DNA of 64,000 bases from a virus: positions 1 to 64,000 of IMG/VR virus record IMGVR_UViG_3300029953_000012, one strand, 5' to 3'. Shown piece after piece: positions 1 through 9,144 of the stretch. A program made the translations under genes and the position numbers. The number at the start of each line of letters is the position of its first letter. The stretch's first letter is position 1. A model generated the notes under the pieces. That model searched no databases and was not told the DNA's origin. It saw nothing but the letters and a program-made list of their open reading frames with translations.

Positions 1-61
1 CCGCCGAATCACCCGAAGACCCGTTTCTCTAAAATTTAGTTAGCTCAATAAAAATACCAAA

Positions 62-87
62 TAGGGGGCTTGAAATACAGCCTCCTA
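62..87 (+). terminator. Hairpin, probable terminator of the upstream gene
   Basis: TAGGGGGCT-tgaaatac-AGCCTCCTA 9-bp stem (one G-U pair) followed by an AT-rich tract. Confidence 0.4.
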
Positions 88-103
88 ATTTAAATTTAAA
101 AAT

Positions 104-400
104 ATGAAAATACTAACCGAAGGTTATAAATACGAATTGGAAAATCACGAACATCCAATTAATGTTCCAAACCAAACTTTACAATTCATAGAGAAACAAC
201 CCGCTCCAGAAATGTTCCCTAGCGGTTCTCTTATAACAGTTAATGAAGGTACTACAAATGAAGATATTCTTGCTGTTTTAATTGACCGTATGAATTATTT
301 GCAGAATAAATTCTCGTGTCGCGAAAATGCTATTGTTTTAACTCACCTTGAAACGGCTTTGCTTTGGTTAGGAAAGCGTACTGCCGACCGAAAAGCCTGA
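104..400 (+). CDS. tad1: Tad1-like (Thoeris anti-defence sponge) protein, truncated by an in-frame TGA; read-through would end at 427
   Basis: GTTNEDILAVLIDRMNYLQNKFSCRENAIVLTHLETALLWLGKRTADR resembles the Tad1 core as I recall it ([37 protein letters not shown]); KVEGMNLK follows the TGA. Confidence 0.7.
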   Translation: MKILTEGYKYELENHEHPINVPNQTLQFIEKQPAPEMFPSGSLITVNEGTTNEDILAVLIDRMNYLQNKFSCRENAIVLTHLETALLWLGKRTADRKA

Positions 401-430
401 AAGGTAGAAGGAATGAATTTAAAATAATTT

Positions 431-1546
431 ATGCAAAAAATAGCATTTGAACTACCGTTAAATTCCGTTTCATTTGGAGATGTAAGTATCTTAATTTTAA
501 GGACAATCTTTGAACAAGAAAGGATTAATGGCCAGAAATATGATATTTCTCTGTTTCCTATTGGTCATGTAGATTTTAGTGCTCAAACTCAAAACTTAGA
601 ATTCCAAAAATGGATTAATTCTAAAATCCAAAATGGACTTGAAAACCATTCTAAGGATACTAATATTTTCAAATTGTGGCATTTATCCAATGGAATTCAA
701 TCTTACTCAAAAAACCAGACTCTACTTTCATTCTATGAATTAGACGAGCCAACAAAGATTGAACTTAATGCCGCCAAAAATAACAAAACCCTCTTTTCGT
801 CCAAATATACCTGCGAAATTTTCCGACAATTTGGGGTGGAAACGGGTCATATAAATTTAGCGTTTGACTCTTACAATTTTAATCAAAAACTTAAAAAGAT
901 TCACTCTGACGGGAGAATCGTTTTTAATGTTTTGGGAAAATTCGAAAAGAGAAAAGGTCATGAAAAGGTTATTAAGGCTTGGATTCGTAAATACGGAAAT
1001 AATCCAAAATATGCACTCCAATGTGCTATCTTCAACCCATTTCTAGGGCGTACATCAGAAGAAATTAATAATAATAACCAACAAATAGCCTCCAGATTGG
1101 TTGATGGTAAAAAACCCTACAATGTATCTTTTTATCCTAAAATGCAAGAAACTAGCGTCTATAATGAGTTTCTAAATTCCTCTGATATAGTTTTAGGACT
1201 CTCAGGTGGTGAGGGGTGGGGTCTTGGTGAGTTTCAAAGCGTTGCATTAGGCAAACACGCCGTTTTATTAAAGGCTCACTCTTATAAAGACTGGGCAACT
1301 GACGAAATGGTAACTTGGGTAAATCCGAGTGGTAAAATACCCGCTTACGATGGATTATTCTTTCAAAAGGGTCAGTCTATTAATCAAGGTAATATCTTTA
1401 ACTTTAATGAGGAAGAGTTTTTGGCGGCATGTGATACTGCCGTTCGTAAAGTCGAAAATAATAGAGTCAACCAATCTGGTTTGACGCTTCAAACTACTTA
1501 TACTAAAGAAAAATTAGTGGATAATATAATTTCTCACTTAACTTAG
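431..1546 (+). CDS. Glycosyltransferase, GT-B/GT4-like
   Basis: GKFEKRKG motif and EGWGLGEFQSVALGK (E-x7-E-like) GT4 signature. Confidence 0.8.
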   Translation: MQKIAFELPLNSVSFGDVSILILRTIFEQERINGQKYDISLFPIGHVDFSAQTQNLEFQKWINSKIQNGLENHSKDTNIFKLWHLSNGIQSYSKNQTLLSFYELDEPTKIELNAAKNNKTLFSSKYTCEIFRQFGVETGHINLAFDSYNFNQKLKKIHSDGRIVFNVLGKFEKRKGHEKVIKAWIRKYGNNPKYALQCAIFNPFLGRTSEEINNNNQQIASRLVDGKKPYNVSFYPKMQETSVYNEFLNSSDIVLGLSGGEGWGLGEFQSVALGKHAVLLKAHSYKDWATDEMVTWVNPSGKIPAYDGLFFQKGQSINQGNIFNFNEEEFLAACDTAVRKVENNRVNQSGLTLQTTYTKEKLVDNIISHLT

Positions 1547-1547
1547 A

Positions 1548-2243
1548 ATGCTCCCAGAAATAACAACCCGCTCTTTTTCCAACGATTCTCAAATCTTTGA
1601 CGAGGTTTTTTTTGCTAATAAGTATAAAATCAAAGGAAACAAAGACCCAAATTCACCTCAAAAGGTGTTTTTAGACATCGGTGCTCACGCAGGATTTTTC
1701 TCTTTTTTAGCTTTAAACCTCAACGTTCGTGTGTATGCCTTTGAACCTTTTGTTGATAACTTTAACCTTCTTTTAAAGAATTGCTATAATCATAATTTCG
1801 CGGCAAACTTCACCCCCTATAACGTCGGCGTATATACCGAAAAACTACTTGGAAAGTTTAGTTCCCCCGAACTTATTGGTAATGCTTATCTGGATTTCGC
1901 ATATATCGGTTTATCGACTAATAGCCATAATAAAAGAGAATATCCATGTAACTGTGAAAGACTAGACGAAATATTAGCCACTTTTTGCTTCGGTGATAAA
2001 ATCGACGTGCTGAAAATTTCAATAGGATATTCTGAAAGAGAGATTTTAACAGGCTCACTACTTCTAAGAGACCAAGTTAACTCAATTTGCGGTGAGATAA
2101 CCGCTAATGATGTTCAGCTTTCTGAATTCAAAAAATCAATTGGAATTGCCGGTTTTGCGAGTTTTTTCTCTGAACCAGTGAAAAACGAACGTGTTGTATT
2201 TTGGGCATCTAAAACGAATTTGTCAGATAACTTTATAATATAA
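1548..2243 (+). CDS. FkbM-family SAM methyltransferase
   Basis: FLDIGAHAGFFS, VYAFEP, IDVLKI motifs. Confidence 0.85.
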   Translation: MLPEITTRSFSNDSQIFDEVFFANKYKIKGNKDPNSPQKVFLDIGAHAGFFSFLALNLNVRVYAFEPFVDNFNLLLKNCYNHNFAANFTPYNVGVYTEKLLGKFSSPELIGNAYLDFAYIGLSTNSHNKREYPCNCERLDEILATFCFGDKIDVLKISIGYSEREILTGSLLLRDQVNSICGEITANDVQLSEFKKSIGIAGFASFFSEPVKNERVVFWASKTNLSDNFII

Positions 2244-2244
2244 T

Positions 2245-2442
2245 ATGAACAAGATATTACTTTTATTATTAAGAAAATGGTGGAATCCTATTTCTATCAA
2301 AAGAATTGAAAGAACGAGTTGTTTTACAATACCAGTTTCTGATAAAAACATTATTAAAGACGCACAACAAAAAGTTTATTATATTAGAGATTTTGAAGAC
2401 TTTATGAAGACTTTAAAAATTTGTATTTCTTTCCAGAATTAG
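2245..2442 (+). CDS. Hypothetical protein
   Basis: 65-aa ORF starting 1 nt after the previous stop. Confidence 0.55.
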   Translation: MNKILLLLLRKWWNPISIKRIERTSCFTIPVSDKNIIKDAQQKVYYIRDFEDFMKTLKICISFQN

Positions 2443-2555
2443 CTTTAAAATTAATATTGGCTAATAAAAAAGAATTAGATATAGATATTAAAAATATAAA
2501 ATCTTATAAAGTAGAATCCTTTGAAGATGTTATTAAAGGAAGAAATTAAAAATTT

Positions 2556-2741
2556 ATGAACATTAAAATAACTGCCGAAACCACGGGCGATGAAATCTCC
2601 CAAACTATCGTAAATCAATTGGCTGCTAACCAACCTCCAATAACAGCCTCCGCTACTGATATTAAAGCTTTTGTCCTTAATAAGGATAATAAGTGGATTG
2701 AAGTAGATTATAATAAAGTTAAATTTGTATATAATAAGTAA
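2556..2741 (+). CDS. Hypothetical protein
   Basis: 61-aa ORF abutting the next start (TAAATG). Confidence 0.65.
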   Translation: MNIKITAETTGDEISQTIVNQLAANQPPITASATDIKAFVLNKDNKWIEVDYNKVKFVYNK

Positions 2742-3104
2742 ATGCCCATTTATCTTTTCATAGATAACCGCACTGGAAAAGTTAGTGAAATTGTCCAAAA
2801 AATGGACGACAAACATGAAGCTTTTGCCGAAGACGGTTATAAATTAGATAGAATTTTTACGAAGCCGAGAGCGTCCGTGGATACTCAGGTAGACCCCAAT
2901 TCTTCAAAAGACTTCATACGTAGAACCGCCAAAAATGGAATGACAATAGGCGAAATGATGGATTTATCGGCGGAATTAAGTGAAAAACGTTCAGGAACTT
3001 CCGGTCAAGACGAAATTAGACACAAAGCCGAAACTTCGTACTCGAAACGCTGCGGCGGTAAAAAGCATCCACACGCCAAGAAGCAAAAGACTTTTTTTGC
3101 TTGA
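2742..3104 (+). CDS. FmdB-like protein that has lost its zinc-ribbon cysteines
   Basis: MPIYLF..(no CxxC)..EIVQKMDD..RIF N-terminus typical of phage FmdB-like proteins. Confidence 0.5.
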   Translation: MPIYLFIDNRTGKVSEIVQKMDDKHEAFAEDGYKLDRIFTKPRASVDTQVDPNSSKDFIRRTAKNGMTIGEMMDLSAELSEKRSGTSGQDEIRHKAETSYSKRCGGKKHPHAKKQKTFFA

Positions 3105-3145
3105 AATAGTTTGAATTTTAGTCATAAATAAGCATCTAACTTTAA

Positions 3146-3904
3146 ATGACTAAACCACGCGTCTCTATAATTACATCTTTATATAAAAGTGAATCTTTTA
3201 TCGAGCACTTTCTTAATGATGTTGCGCGTCAGTCAATCTTTCCTGAGTGCGAAATTTTGCTTCTAAATGCTCAATCGCCGGAAAATGAGGAAAAATATAT
3301 TTTAGATTTTCAAAAAGTTTTCCCAAATAACGTTGTTTATAAAAAACTAGACAAAAGGTATTCTGTAAATGAAACTTGTAATATGGGTATAGATTTGGCA
3401 TCGTCTGATATTTTGACTATTTGGAATGTTGACGATAGAAGAGTTTTTAATTCTCTTGAATTTCAGGTTGATGAATTCGAAAAAGACCCTGCTCTTGATG
3501 TTTGTTATGGTCCGACCCTAACCACCAATATACCCAACGAATTAGTTGAAAATTGTACTTCTAATACTGGTTTTGGATGTTTTGATGCCACCTTAACTTC
3601 AATGCTGGAAAATAACTCCCCGCATTGTTTGCCAATGTGGAGAAAAGACCTTAATAAGCGTTTTGGTTATTTCAACACATCGTATACTATTGCGGCTGAC
3701 TACGAAATGTGGTTAAGGGCTTTAGTTGGTGGTGCCAAATTTAAAATGATAAAAAGACTTGTGGGTTCATATTATAGAAACCCAACGGGATTATCTTCTG
3801 ACCCACAGCACCTTGAAAGAGCTTGGAAAGAGATAACTGAGATTAGAAATATATACAAAAGTCCTATAGTACATCAAACTGATTTAAGAAACGAATTAGT
3901 ATGA
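3146..3904 (+). CDS. Glycosyltransferase family 2 (GT-A)
   Basis: VSIITSLYK, CNMGI, WNVDD (DxD-like), ADYEMWLR. Confidence 0.9.
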   Translation: MTKPRVSIITSLYKSESFIEHFLNDVARQSIFPECEILLLNAQSPENEEKYILDFQKVFPNNVVYKKLDKRYSVNETCNMGIDLASSDILTIWNVDDRRVFNSLEFQVDEFEKDPALDVCYGPTLTTNIPNELVENCTSNTGFGCFDATLTSMLENNSPHCLPMWRKDLNKRFGYFNTSYTIAADYEMWLRALVGGAKFKMIKRLVGSYYRNPTGLSSDPQHLERAWKEITEIRNIYKSPIVHQTDLRNELV

Positions 3905-4641
3905 ACAAAAAAGAGTTAATGTCGTGTATTTTGACTACCGCCTTTAAAAATAAAGAAGGGCATATTGCTAGTGCATTTTCAATTTTGGATTTTATGCTTA
4001 GTCTCTATAATGGTGTTATCACCAATGATGACGAATTTATCTTAAGTAAAGGACATTCCAGCCTAGCATTATACGCTATTATGTTGGCAAAAAAACAAAT
4101 TTCTATTGAAGATTTTTTTTTATTTTGTGAATTTGATTCTAAACTAGGAGGACATCCATCTTCTAAGAAACTACCTAATGTAAAAATATCAACAGGCTCA
4201 TTGGGTCATGGATTTCCATATGCTGTTGGAGTAGCAATGGCAAAAAAAATGAAAAAAGAAAAGGGTATCGTTTATTGTCTAATAGGAGATGGAGAAGCGA
4301 ACGAAGGAACTATTTGGGAATCCGCTTTATTGGCGGGTTCTCAAAAATTAGATAATTTAGTATGTGTTATGGATTTTAATGGTTCTGGGGAAAGAGCTAT
4401 TAAATTAGTTTCTTGTGTAGAGAAATTTAGGTCTTTTTTTTGGAATTCTATCGCGGTTGACGGCCATAAAGAATCAGAAATAAAAAATAGTCTTTTATTT
4501 AAAAGTAATATTCCAAAATTTATTGAACTAAGAACTATAAAAGGAAAAGGTTGTCCAATTATGGAAAATAATCCTGAATGGCATCACAAGCAGCCGTCAT
4601 CTGAACAAGAACTATCTACTCTAATAGAGTCGCTATACTAA
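3901..4641 (+). CDS. Transketolase, N-terminal (TPP-binding) subunit
   Basis: GHIASAFS, FILSKGH, STGSLGHG, GDGEANEG..WE, TIKGKG, WHH. Confidence 0.93.
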   Translation: MNKKELMSCILTTAFKNKEGHIASAFSILDFMLSLYNGVITNDDEFILSKGHSSLALYAIMLAKKQISIEDFFLFCEFDSKLGGHPSSKKLPNVKISTGSLGHGFPYAVGVAMAKKMKKEKGIVYCLIGDGEANEGTIWESALLAGSQKLDNLVCVMDFNGSGERAIKLVSCVEKFRSFFWNSIAVDGHKESEIKNSLLFKSNIPKFIELRTIKGKGCPIMENNPEWHHKQPSSEQELSTLIESLY

Positions 4642-5525
4642 TGAGAAAACAATTCTATAAACACTTATCTAATCTGTTTGTTTCAAATCCAAAGGTCGCT
4701 ATTATTTTGGGTGATATTGGAGTATTTTCTTTTCAAGGGTGCTTTTCTCATGATAGTAAGCGTATTTTTAATCTTGGGATTATGGAGCAGACCATGATTG
4801 GTGTTTCTAGTGCTCTATCCGCCAATGGATTTATACCATTTGTCCATTCCATTGCTCCATTTGTAACTGAACGTTGCTATGAACAGTTGAAATTGGATTT
4901 AGGATATGAAAGCCAAAATGTGTTTGTTGTAAGCGTCGGTAATTCATATGACTATTCTGCGCTTGGTTCTACTCATCATTGCCCAAATGATTTATTAATC
5001 ACTAGCGCCATTCCCAATTTTAAGACATTTTGCCCCGGAAATTCATTCGATGTAGAACAAATTATTGAAGAAAATTTAAACATCAGTCAACCAAAATATA
5101 TTAGATTATCTGAACAGGAAAATAATCTAGGTAGAAGAACGGAAGATTTGGAAATATTAGACAGTTGTTCTTTTAATGGTCTTGTTATTATTGTTGGAAA
5201 CGCAATTAAAGATATAAATAAATTTATTAAAAGCGATATTGATGCTTGTATATTGTACACTTATAATATATCGGATTTTAATATTGATAAATTAAATAAA
5301 ATTATTTTAGAATTGGCTGTTAGGAAAAATATCATAGTTGTAGAACCATCGGCTGATTCAGGTATTATAACTAAAATAAGCCTTGGCGTTAGAAATATTT
5401 CTAAGTTAAGTCATATTGGATTTCCAAAAATCTTTCTTGATAAGTATGGTTCTAAACAAGAATTAGACAGACACTTGGGACTAGACGACGAATCAATAAT
5501 CCAAAAAATCAAAAAAATATTATGA
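4641..5525 (+). CDS. Transketolase, C-terminal subunit
   Basis: RIFNLGIMEQTMIG, RCYEQ, GSTHH, YIRL. Confidence 0.92.
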   Translation: MRKQFYKHLSNLFVSNPKVAIILGDIGVFSFQGCFSHDSKRIFNLGIMEQTMIGVSSALSANGFIPFVHSIAPFVTERCYEQLKLDLGYESQNVFVVSVGNSYDYSALGSTHHCPNDLLITSAIPNFKTFCPGNSFDVEQIIEENLNISQPKYIRLSEQENNLGRRTEDLEILDSCSFNGLVIIVGNAIKDINKFIKSDIDACILYTYNISDFNIDKLNKIILELAVRKNIIVVEPSADSGIITKISLGVRNISKLSHIGFPKIFLDKYGSKQELDRHLGLDDESIIQKIKKIL

Positions 5526-6238
5526 ATATAAGCGCCTACATGTCCTCTGTCAAAACCTACAGATGGCTTCCCATTCATGAGCAGTTAAAAAAGACGGGTC
5601 TTTCATTTGAAATATCTGTTATTGGCCCTATTGAACCCGACTTCGCGTTACCGCCTGAAATAAAGTTTTTAAAGAGTGACGTAAAACCATCTCAATGTTT
5701 TCAAATTGCTGGTCAGAATTGTTCTGGCGAGGTGATGTTTCAATTAGTTGATGATTTAGAGTATTCGGACGGTGCTATTAAAAATATGTTTGAGGCTGTT
5801 ATTTCAGCAGATAACGTTATGTCAACCTCCCACCATTTTGAGGATTCAGCAGACCTGACTCTTCAACAAAATATCGCCGGTGTTTCAGCCAATCACCTTC
5901 CTCTTTTGCCTGTTTGCGGCATGTTTCCACGCAAGGCATGGTTGGACAATAGGGGTCTAGATGTAAGATTTGATGGTATAATGAGCGAACTCGACTTTTA
6001 TATGAGGCTATCAATTAATGGATATCAAACTCAATTTATAAATGGAATCGTAACAGAAATGTCATCTCACAGAAAATCTGATACTAATGGCCGTCTTAGT
6101 CATAGGTATTGGGAAAAAGACAGGGGTTCCTTTGTTAAATTATGGTCTAGTAATGGAAAATTATATCCAATTCGTAAAGATATTATGAGGCCATACAAAA
6201 ACGAAGATTTGTTAACAGTTAATCAATATTATGGATAA
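5522..6238 (+). CDS. Divergent GT2-like glycosyltransferase
   Basis: LVDD motif and GLDVRF....ELDFYMRL resemble the GT-A C-terminal motif; lies inside the glycan cluster. Confidence 0.6.
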   Translation: MNISAYMSSVKTYRWLPIHEQLKKTGLSFEISVIGPIEPDFALPPEIKFLKSDVKPSQCFQIAGQNCSGEVMFQLVDDLEYSDGAIKNMFEAVISADNVMSTSHHFEDSADLTLQQNIAGVSANHLPLLPVCGMFPRKAWLDNRGLDVRFDGIMSELDFYMRLSINGYQTQFINGIVTEMSSHRKSDTNGRLSHRYWEKDRGSFVKLWSSNGKLYPIRKDIMRPYKNEDLLTVNQYYG

Positions 6239-7169
6239 TTTTTTTAATGGAAAGAAAATCCTAATTACAGGAGCTACTGGAGTAGTTGGAGCCAACCTAT
6301 ATCTTGCTCTAAAAAATAGTGGCGCGATAATACATCTTAATCACCTTCATGATATAGATGAAAGATTATACACTGCTTTCGATGGATTTACTTCTATAAA
6401 ATTTGATATTTGTGATGTCAAGGCTATATCAAAACTTGATGAATACGATATTATTTTCCATTGTGCTGGGTATGGCCAGCCCCAAAAATTCATTAAAAAT
6501 CCAGAAAAAACTTTCTTACTTAATACTTCGTCGCTAGTGGCTTTAGCCAACAAAGTCAAAGTTGGAGGTTATTTTCTATTTATTAGCACTAGCGAAATTT
6601 ACATTAATAATACTACCACCGAAGAGGACGTGTTTATTAATATAAACCCAAATAACATTAGAAATTGTTATATACTTGGTAAATTGTGTGGTGAAAATCT
6701 TCTGGAATGGACATCAAAATCGCGGGGTATAAATTTCAAAAATATTAGGCTCTGTCTTGCTTTTGGACCTTATTTCCGCCGTTCTGATACTAGAGTATTA
6801 AACGAATTGATTTTTAAGGCGATTACCCATAAAAGAATCTCTCTTATTGATGATGGTTCGGCTATACGTCAATATATCTACGTAGACGATGCTATAAAAA
6901 TGATGTTAAATATCCTCATAAATGGCAAACAAAATACCTATAATATAGGTGGAAAAGAAGTGGTATCTATTTTGGATTTAGCAAAAATTATATCCAAAAA
7001 AATAAACTGTGAAATTATAGTCGGCAATTCTAAAAATAAATTAAAAAACAGTCCATCTTTCGCTGGAGTTTGTATAAAAAGATACGAGCAAGAATTTGGA
7101 GAAGTATCACTTACTAAAATTGAAGAAGGAATTGATAAATGTATCAATTGGGCTAATAAAATAATATGA
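6231..7169 (+). CDS. NAD-dependent epimerase/dehydratase (extended SDR, UDP-GlcA decarboxylase-like)
   Basis: ILITGATGVVG, ISTSEIY, catalytic YILGK (YxxxK), RQYIYVDD. Confidence 0.9.
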   Translation: MDNFFNGKKILITGATGVVGANLYLALKNSGAIIHLNHLHDIDERLYTAFDGFTSIKFDICDVKAISKLDEYDIIFHCAGYGQPQKFIKNPEKTFLLNTSSLVALANKVKVGGYFLFISTSEIYINNTTTEEDVFININPNNIRNCYILGKLCGENLLEWTSKSRGINFKNIRLCLAFGPYFRRSDTRVLNELIFKAITHKRISLIDDGSAIRQYIYVDDAIKMMLNILINGKQNTYNIGGKEVVSILDLAKIISKKINCEIIVGNSKNKLKNSPSFAGVCIKRYEQEFGEVSLTKIEEGIDKCINWANKII

Positions 7170-8077
7170 AAATAGTAACAATATCAGACATAGAAAGTAA
7201 TGTTGGATTCGAGATAAATCCGCTGGTTAAATCAAGGATTCTTAAAGATAGACTCCTTTATTATCCGCTTGAAGGTCAGGAGTATGACTCTTATATTTTA
7301 GAGTACCTCAAAGTATTGTCTCTAGACTTATCAAAAACCGGCGAACACCGTAAGGGAGAATGGGAAAAAGGATGGAAGGAGAACTTAGATATATTCCGCT
7401 CCAATGGTAATATTGAATCTCTAGTTCCTAAATACCACGTAAAATCAAACATTGCCAGACTTAACAATCGAATCGTGAAGAGCATTCATCCCCAATTCGA
7501 TTTTAAATTACACTCTTATTTTGTTGACGCCGTTTTAACAAAATATATTCCAGACTACCAAAAAGTATGCGAATTTGGATGCGGAACAGGATACCATCTT
7601 TTTCGTTTGGAAAAATATTTTCCATTAGTTACTTTTTTAGGGTTGGATTGGTCCAAAACATCTCAAGAAATTATAAAAGAAGTGGCTCAATTTACTAAAG
7701 CTGATGTTTTTGGTCTTAATTTCGATTACTATAATCCCGATTACTCTTTTGATATAGAAGGAAACTTAATTTATACCGTCGCCTCTCTTGAACAGGTTGG
7801 AGAAAGACACGAAGAATTTTTGAAGTATCTTATTGAGAAGAAACCGGGTCTATGTGTTCATTTTGAACCCATCTCCGAAGTTTTCGATAAAGATAACAAT
7901 TTATTAGATTTCCTTACAGCAAAATATTTTGAAAAACGAAATTACCTAAAAAAGTTTCTGTCTAGACTTGAAGAACTCGAACGACTTAATAAAATTAAGA
8001 TTTTAGAAGTTCGCCGTCTTAATTATGGAAGCAAGTTCATTGAAGGACATACTCTAATTATATGGAAGCCTCTTTAA
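7166..8077 (+). CDS. Class I SAM-dependent methyltransferase
   Basis: VCEFGCGTG, GLDWS, SLEQ, HFEP. Confidence 0.8.
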   Translation: MKIVTISDIESNVGFEINPLVKSRILKDRLLYYPLEGQEYDSYILEYLKVLSLDLSKTGEHRKGEWEKGWKENLDIFRSNGNIESLVPKYHVKSNIARLNNRIVKSIHPQFDFKLHSYFVDAVLTKYIPDYQKVCEFGCGTGYHLFRLEKYFPLVTFLGLDWSKTSQEIIKEVAQFTKADVFGLNFDYYNPDYSFDIEGNLIYTVASLEQVGERHEEFLKYLIEKKPGLCVHFEPISEVFDKDNNLLDFLTAKYFEKRNYLKKFLSRLEELERLNKIKILEVRRLNYGSKFIEGHTLIIWKPL

Positions 8078-8544
8078 ACGACATTCAAGAATTTTCACTT
8101 TACTCTACCGAAGATTTTCGTGGAGAAATTTACACCATCTACAAAGATGGGTCTTTGCCGATTAAATTTAACCATGATAAGATTTGTATTAGATACAAGG
8201 ATGTTCTTGTTGGAATTCATGGAGACGCCAATACTTGGAAATTAATTAATTGTCTTTACGGTAGAGTTTTCTGTGTTTTGGTTGATAATCGCAAAGAGTC
8301 CAAAGATTACCTTAAGCATAAGACATATATTTTAAGTCACGAAAATAAAAAGCAACTCCTAATACCGCCGAATGTTGGTAATAGTTTCTTGGTTTTGTCT
8401 GACTTTTGTGTTTATAGTTATAAATTAAGTTATGTGGGCGAATATACTGACTGCGACAAACAATTTACTCTTCCATGGAATTCCTCAACTTTGAATATAA
8501 AATGGCCAATAACAAATCCTATTCTAAGCGAAAGAGATGCTTAA
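8062..8544 (+). CDS. rmlC: dTDP-4-dehydrorhamnose 3,5-epimerase family (RmlC cupin)
   Basis: DFRG, GIH, KLINC..G.V..V.VD.R..S, IPP.VG, WP..NPILSERD. Confidence 0.85.
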   Translation: MEASLNDIQEFSLYSTEDFRGEIYTIYKDGSLPIKFNHDKICIRYKDVLVGIHGDANTWKLINCLYGRVFCVLVDNRKESKDYLKHKTYILSHENKKQLLIPPNVGNSFLVLSDFCVYSYKLSYVGEYTDCDKQFTLPWNSSTLNIKWPITNPILSERDA

Positions 8545-8589
8545 ATAAATACTTTGGTTTAATTTACACATTTAACATATAATAAGTAT

Positions 8590-9144
8590 ATGGGTAGAAA
8601 ATCGACATTTGAAAATTATCGTGGTAAAATTATAAATGGAGTTCAACTTTTAGATAAAAAAGGAATTATTAATGGTAGATTAATAGTAAATTGTAAATGT
8701 ATCCCATGTGGGAAAATATTTGAAGAACAATTTCATAATGTCTATCATGGCGGCAGAAGAAGCTGTGGTTGTTTGGTCGGAGCCAAAAAATCAAAAAGTG
8801 TCAGGTGGAAGGGTTTTGGAGAAATAGGAAAAAGTTATTTTACCTCTCTTAAGAGGGGTGCGAAATCACGCAATTTAATTTTCGATATCTCTTTAGAATA
8901 TATGTGGGAACTTTTTTTACAACAAAATAGAAAATGTATCATGACAGGAGAAGTGTTAAAATTTTCTGATTCGAGGATAAGCTGTAATGGAACGGCATCT
9001 TTAGATAGAAAAGACCCAAAAATTGGATATGTAAAAGGAAACATCCAGTGGATTAGGAAAGATATAAATTTCATGAAACAAACCAAGAATGATTTAGAAT
9101 TTTTAGATATAGTGGGAAAAATATCAAAATATAGAAATTTATGA
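8590..9144 (+). mobile_element. Free-standing HNH-type homing endonuclease
   Basis: CKC..CG, SCGC and ASLDRKDPKIGYVKGNIQW...IN.MK; sits between rmlC and gmd. Confidence 0.8.

Noticed and set aside
398-400. Genome-wide TGA or TAG recoding
   Set aside because: TGA and TAG end many full-length genes with tight coupling to the next start (1546, 3904, 5525, 15127), and coding density is high under code 11.
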